Positions 60,833 to 63,135 of a DNA stretch of 63,135 nt are shown in pieces. The stretch lies in NCBI GenBank assembly GCA_016199265.1, contig JACQGX010000088.1:1-63135 (forward strand). Direction: 5' to 3'. A program made the translations under genes and the position numbers. A model generated the notes under the pieces. That model saw nothing but the letters and a program-made list of their open reading frames with translations. It searched no databases and was not told the DNA's origin. This DNA comes from Chloroflexota bacterium. GTDB taxonomy: Bacteria; Chloroflexota; UBA11872; UBA12225. The first letter of the stretch is position 1. Each line of letters opens with the position of its first letter.

Positions 60833-60965
60833 GCTGGCGTCAAGCTGCCCAGCTACGTCACCGGCGAGCAGGACCGCGCGATCATCACCGCTGAGGAGAC
60901 CAGGCGTGACCGGTTGCTCTTGGAGCGTTTCTGGCAGACTGGCGGGCGCGCGTCCGATACCGTGC
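60833..60965 (+). pseudogene. Tyrosine recombinase/integrase fragment
   Basis: The sequence KLPSYVTGEQDRAIITAEETRRDRLLLERFWQTGGRASD matches the start of the integrase catalytic domain (LPxxLTxeE...RDRallxLLxxTGlRxsE), but nothing follows it. Confidence 0.35.
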
Positions 60966-60996
60966 ACTCGACCAAGTGTCGAGGAAAGCACCGATG

Positions 60997-61233
60997 TGCG
61001 TCGCAGCAGAGATCGCCGCGTGGCAAGCAACCGCCATCCCGCTGGCTGGTGTGGAGCCGACGCTGCCAGAAGAGGATCTCAGGCCGCTGCTGGACCGTCT
61101 GGCTGGGGCCCGGTTCGTCGGGTTGGGCGAAGCCAGCCACGGCGATCATGAGTCGTGCCAATGCAAGCGCCGCCTGATCCAGACGCTGGTGCGCCGCTAC
61201 GCTCCGAGGGGACACGAACTCGTGGAGGCGTGA
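60997..61233 (+). pseudogene. Erythromycin-esterase-family N-terminal fragment
   Basis: The segment ARFVGLGEASHGDHESCQCKRRLIQTLV resembles the family motif vvgLGEatHGthEf...k.rl...Lv. It is cut off by the next gene. Confidence 0.35.
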
Positions 61234-62162
61234 TGGTGGAGTCCGAGGTGTCGTGGCGGGCGCTGCTACCTGCCGACATGCCGGCAGAGCGCGTCGCCGC
61301 CCGGTTTGGGCTGATCTCGGACACGCACCTGCCGGAGCGGTGTCCTGCGCTCCCGCCGTCGCTGGACCGGGTCTTCGGCAGCGTCGACCTGATCCTGCAC
61401 GCGGGAGATCTCGGCGAGCTCTCGGTGCTCGACCGGCTGGGCGCGCTCGCGCCGGTGGTCGCGGTGCACGGCAACGACGACACTCCCGAGGCGCAGCGCG
61501 AGCTGCCCTACCAGCAGGTCATCGCCGCCGCCGGCCAGCGGATCTTGTTGTGCCACACCCACCATCCCGATCCGGCCGACGAGGAGGCGTGGCGGCGGCG
61601 CAGCCACCCACCCGGCGCCGCCTTCGCGCGGCGGGCCGCGATGGGGCGGCGGGCGGGCGCGAGCATCGTCGCCTACGGCCACTCGCACGTGCCCGTCGTC
61701 GCCGAGGTCGAGGGGGTGTGGCTGGTCAACCCGGGCGCCATCGCCCCGGCCAACCCGGTGACGCGCATGCGCTATCAGACGGTGGCGCTGCTGTACCTGC
61801 GCGACGACGGCGCGCCGTTCGTGGTGCACGTCGACCTCGCCGCACCCGACCGGCCGTTCGCGCCAGCGTTCTGGCTGGAGCACGAGCGGCGCGGTGCTGT
61901 CAGCGCCATGGCGCCCCACTTCACCGAGTCGATCCTGGAGCCAGCTTTGATGCCCCTTTGGCTACGGGCGTGGGAGCAGGTCCGCACCATGCCGGACGAG
62001 GCGCGACGGCCGATCAACGCGCTGCTGTGCCGGCTGGCCTACCCTTGCTGGTCGGGAGAGCGCGAACACGTCACGCGCGCTGAGGTGCTCGACGCGTTCC
62101 GCACCGAGAACACACTCCCTCCCGAGACTCGCGAGTTTATCCTCCGCGCACTGACCCCGTGA
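61233..62162 (+). CDS. Metallophosphoesterase (YfcE/MJ0936-like) with a ~110-aa C-terminal extension
   Basis: Family motifs are present: GLISDTHLP, LHAGDLG, VHGNDD and GHSHVP. The ATG at 61233 follows GGAGG. Confidence 0.8.
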   Translation: MVESEVSWRALLPADMPAERVAARFGLISDTHLPERCPALPPSLDRVFGSVDLILHAGDLGELSVLDRLGALAPVVAVHGNDDTPEAQRELPYQQVIAAAGQRILLCHTHHPDPADEEAWRRRSHPPGAAFARRAAMGRRAGASIVAYGHSHVPVVAEVEGVWLVNPGAIAPANPVTRMRYQTVALLYLRDDGAPFVVHVDLAAPDRPFAPAFWLEHERRGAVSAMAPHFTESILEPALMPLWLRAWEQVRTMPDEARRPINALLCRLAYPCWSGEREHVTRAEVLDAFRTENTLPPETREFILRALTP

Positions 62163-62200
62163 CGCTGGGAGAGCGAGGCACGGTGAGGACGAGACTGCCC

Positions 62201-62252
62201 AAGGACGATGGACGAACGACGACGGCGGCGTCGTCGTTCGTCCTTCGACCTT
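62201..62252. repeat. Hairpin repeat, CGACGAACG flavour
   Basis: The stem gacgaacgacgac pairs with gtcgtcgttcgtc around a short GC-rich loop. It lies 40 nt past the phosphoesterase stop. Confidence 0.8.
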
Positions 62253-62281
62253 GGTCGAGCGCCGGCACGACGTGACCGGCG

Positions 62282-62345
62282 CTCTAGACCAAAGCCACGG
62301 TGGTACCCACAGGCGTCCTCACTTTGCACCTTGCACTTGCTTTAG
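62282..62345. repeat. Hairpin repeat element, GTGCAAAG flavour (reverse orientation)
   Basis: The sequence is ctctagaccaaagccacggtggtacccacaggcgtcctcactttgcaccttgcacttgctttagg. This is the reverse complement of the consensus seen at 2842, 5574 and 28864. Confidence 0.8.
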
Positions 62346-63135
62346 GCGTCCGTACCCACATGCACCCCTTGCAAACAACGTCGGTGGAACGTTTCGGCGG
62401 AGCAGGACTTGTGGTTACCAAGCAGACCGGAAACGCCTCGCCCGACGTCGACCGCGCCCGTGAAGCGATCGCACTCGCCGAACAGGCGCACACGCGTATC
62501 CGCGCGAGTACGACGCCGCGCGCCCCATTGTCGAGCGCGCGCTATTGCCCGCGCCGGACAAGGGCGAAGTTGCGCACGCGAAGCTACACCTCGAGATCGA
62601 CTCCGGGTGCCGGTCACGTTCCTGCCGCCGGGCGGGAGCGTGCCAGCAGCGGCGCGCCAGGGCGGCGGCCAAAACGAGGCATTTGGCGCGAGACACGCGC
62701 CGCCCTCCGGCGCTCGCGGCGGCCGGGCGGCGCAAGGGGAACGGGCGGCGCCTGTCCGGTGACCTGACCGCGACACCGGGTGGGGCGCCGAGGCGCGGCG
62801 GGCGCAAGCGCGGCGCACGTATAGTGACTATACAACGGCACCGTGTACGGGGCCGCGCCACCGGGGCCGATTCTGTCTCACGCGGCGCGGCGCGCGGCGC
62901 GCGAAGGCGGGCCGGAGGCGCGGTGATGTGCCCGAGGAGGCGGGGGCACGGCAGCAGGTGGTGAGACATCGGGCCGCCGGGCACGGCCTGCTCGCCTAGT
63001 GCTGTCTCAGACGACCTGTTGCACAAAGCGGCCGTACCCTCAAGGGAGGGCAATCGGAAAACGGTCGCCGGATCATGCACTATAGACCTTCAGAAAAAGG
63101 ACTGGAATAAGCGGCGAAAAGGGCATCATCGTTGG

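Noticed and set aside
62415-63080. A 221-aa minus-strand ORF and the overlapping plus-strand ORFs at the right end.
   Set aside because: Their composition is extreme Arg/Pro/Ala, they have no motifs, and they overlap each other. They are treated as non-coding or decayed sequence.

Overview
A GC-rich bacterial chromosomal segment (roughly two-thirds G+C by eye) that is mostly housekeeping and metabolic genes. The repeat-encoded peptides (FDKLR/LRQAQDER, PQRHKDTKE, SGQLSAVS types) and the gene content resemble Chloroflexota/Thermomicrobia-like genomes; this is an inference, not verified.

Content, left to right:
- An IS transposase tail abutting a truncated serine-hydrolase gene.
- cbiM-cbiQ plus a convergent ArsR regulator.
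- A purine permease.
- A small toxin-antitoxin-like island: a Phd-like/HicA-like pair and a HEPN-like/nucleotidyltransferase-fusion pair.
- A GDPD plus UgpB-like binding protein, a SorC regulator and an MFS transporter.
- A decayed cyclase/NTPase gene, a methyltransferase plus membrane protein, and BioY.
- A sugar-phosphate isomerase, an SDR, a nonsense-interrupted histidine kinase and an FMN reductase.
- A glycolytic trio: ATP-type PFK, ROK kinase and PPi-type PFK.
- A GAF histidine kinase, a J-domain protein, a lone receiver, a truncated GH3, a secreted gluzincin protease and a DUF2851 protein.
- A propionate/methylmalonyl-CoA block: MeaB, epimerase and mutase catalytic subunit, then cyclophilin and HtrA, then carboxyltransferase, biotin carboxylase and BCCP.
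- A polysaccharide deacetylase, purA, fba, a SirB1-like protein, a TadZ/CpaE-like REC-ATPase and clpC.
- An orphan MNT antitoxin-like gene, two damaged ABC exporter genes, a methyltransferase, a patch of gene fragments and a metallophosphoesterase.

No rRNA, tRNA or CRISPR array was found.

The most unusual signal is a large family of hairpin-forming repeat elements:
- Their inverted arms are built from short tandem oligomers such as GTGCAAAG, GTCCAAAG, CAGCGGT, GCAGTAG, CGACGAA and CACAGAGAG.
- They fill many intergenic gaps and supply the stop codons of flanking genes.
- In at least five cases repeat or extra sequence sits in frame inside conserved genes: accC, MFS, meaB, the epimerase (no second copy seen) and an ABC exporter.

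The second theme is a high load of damaged genes: in-frame TAA and TGA codons, a 19-nt tandem duplication, an internal deletion and several gene stubs.

No clear, complete novel multi-gene system could be demonstrated. The HEPN-like/NTase-fusion pair is the best candidate for something undescribed.
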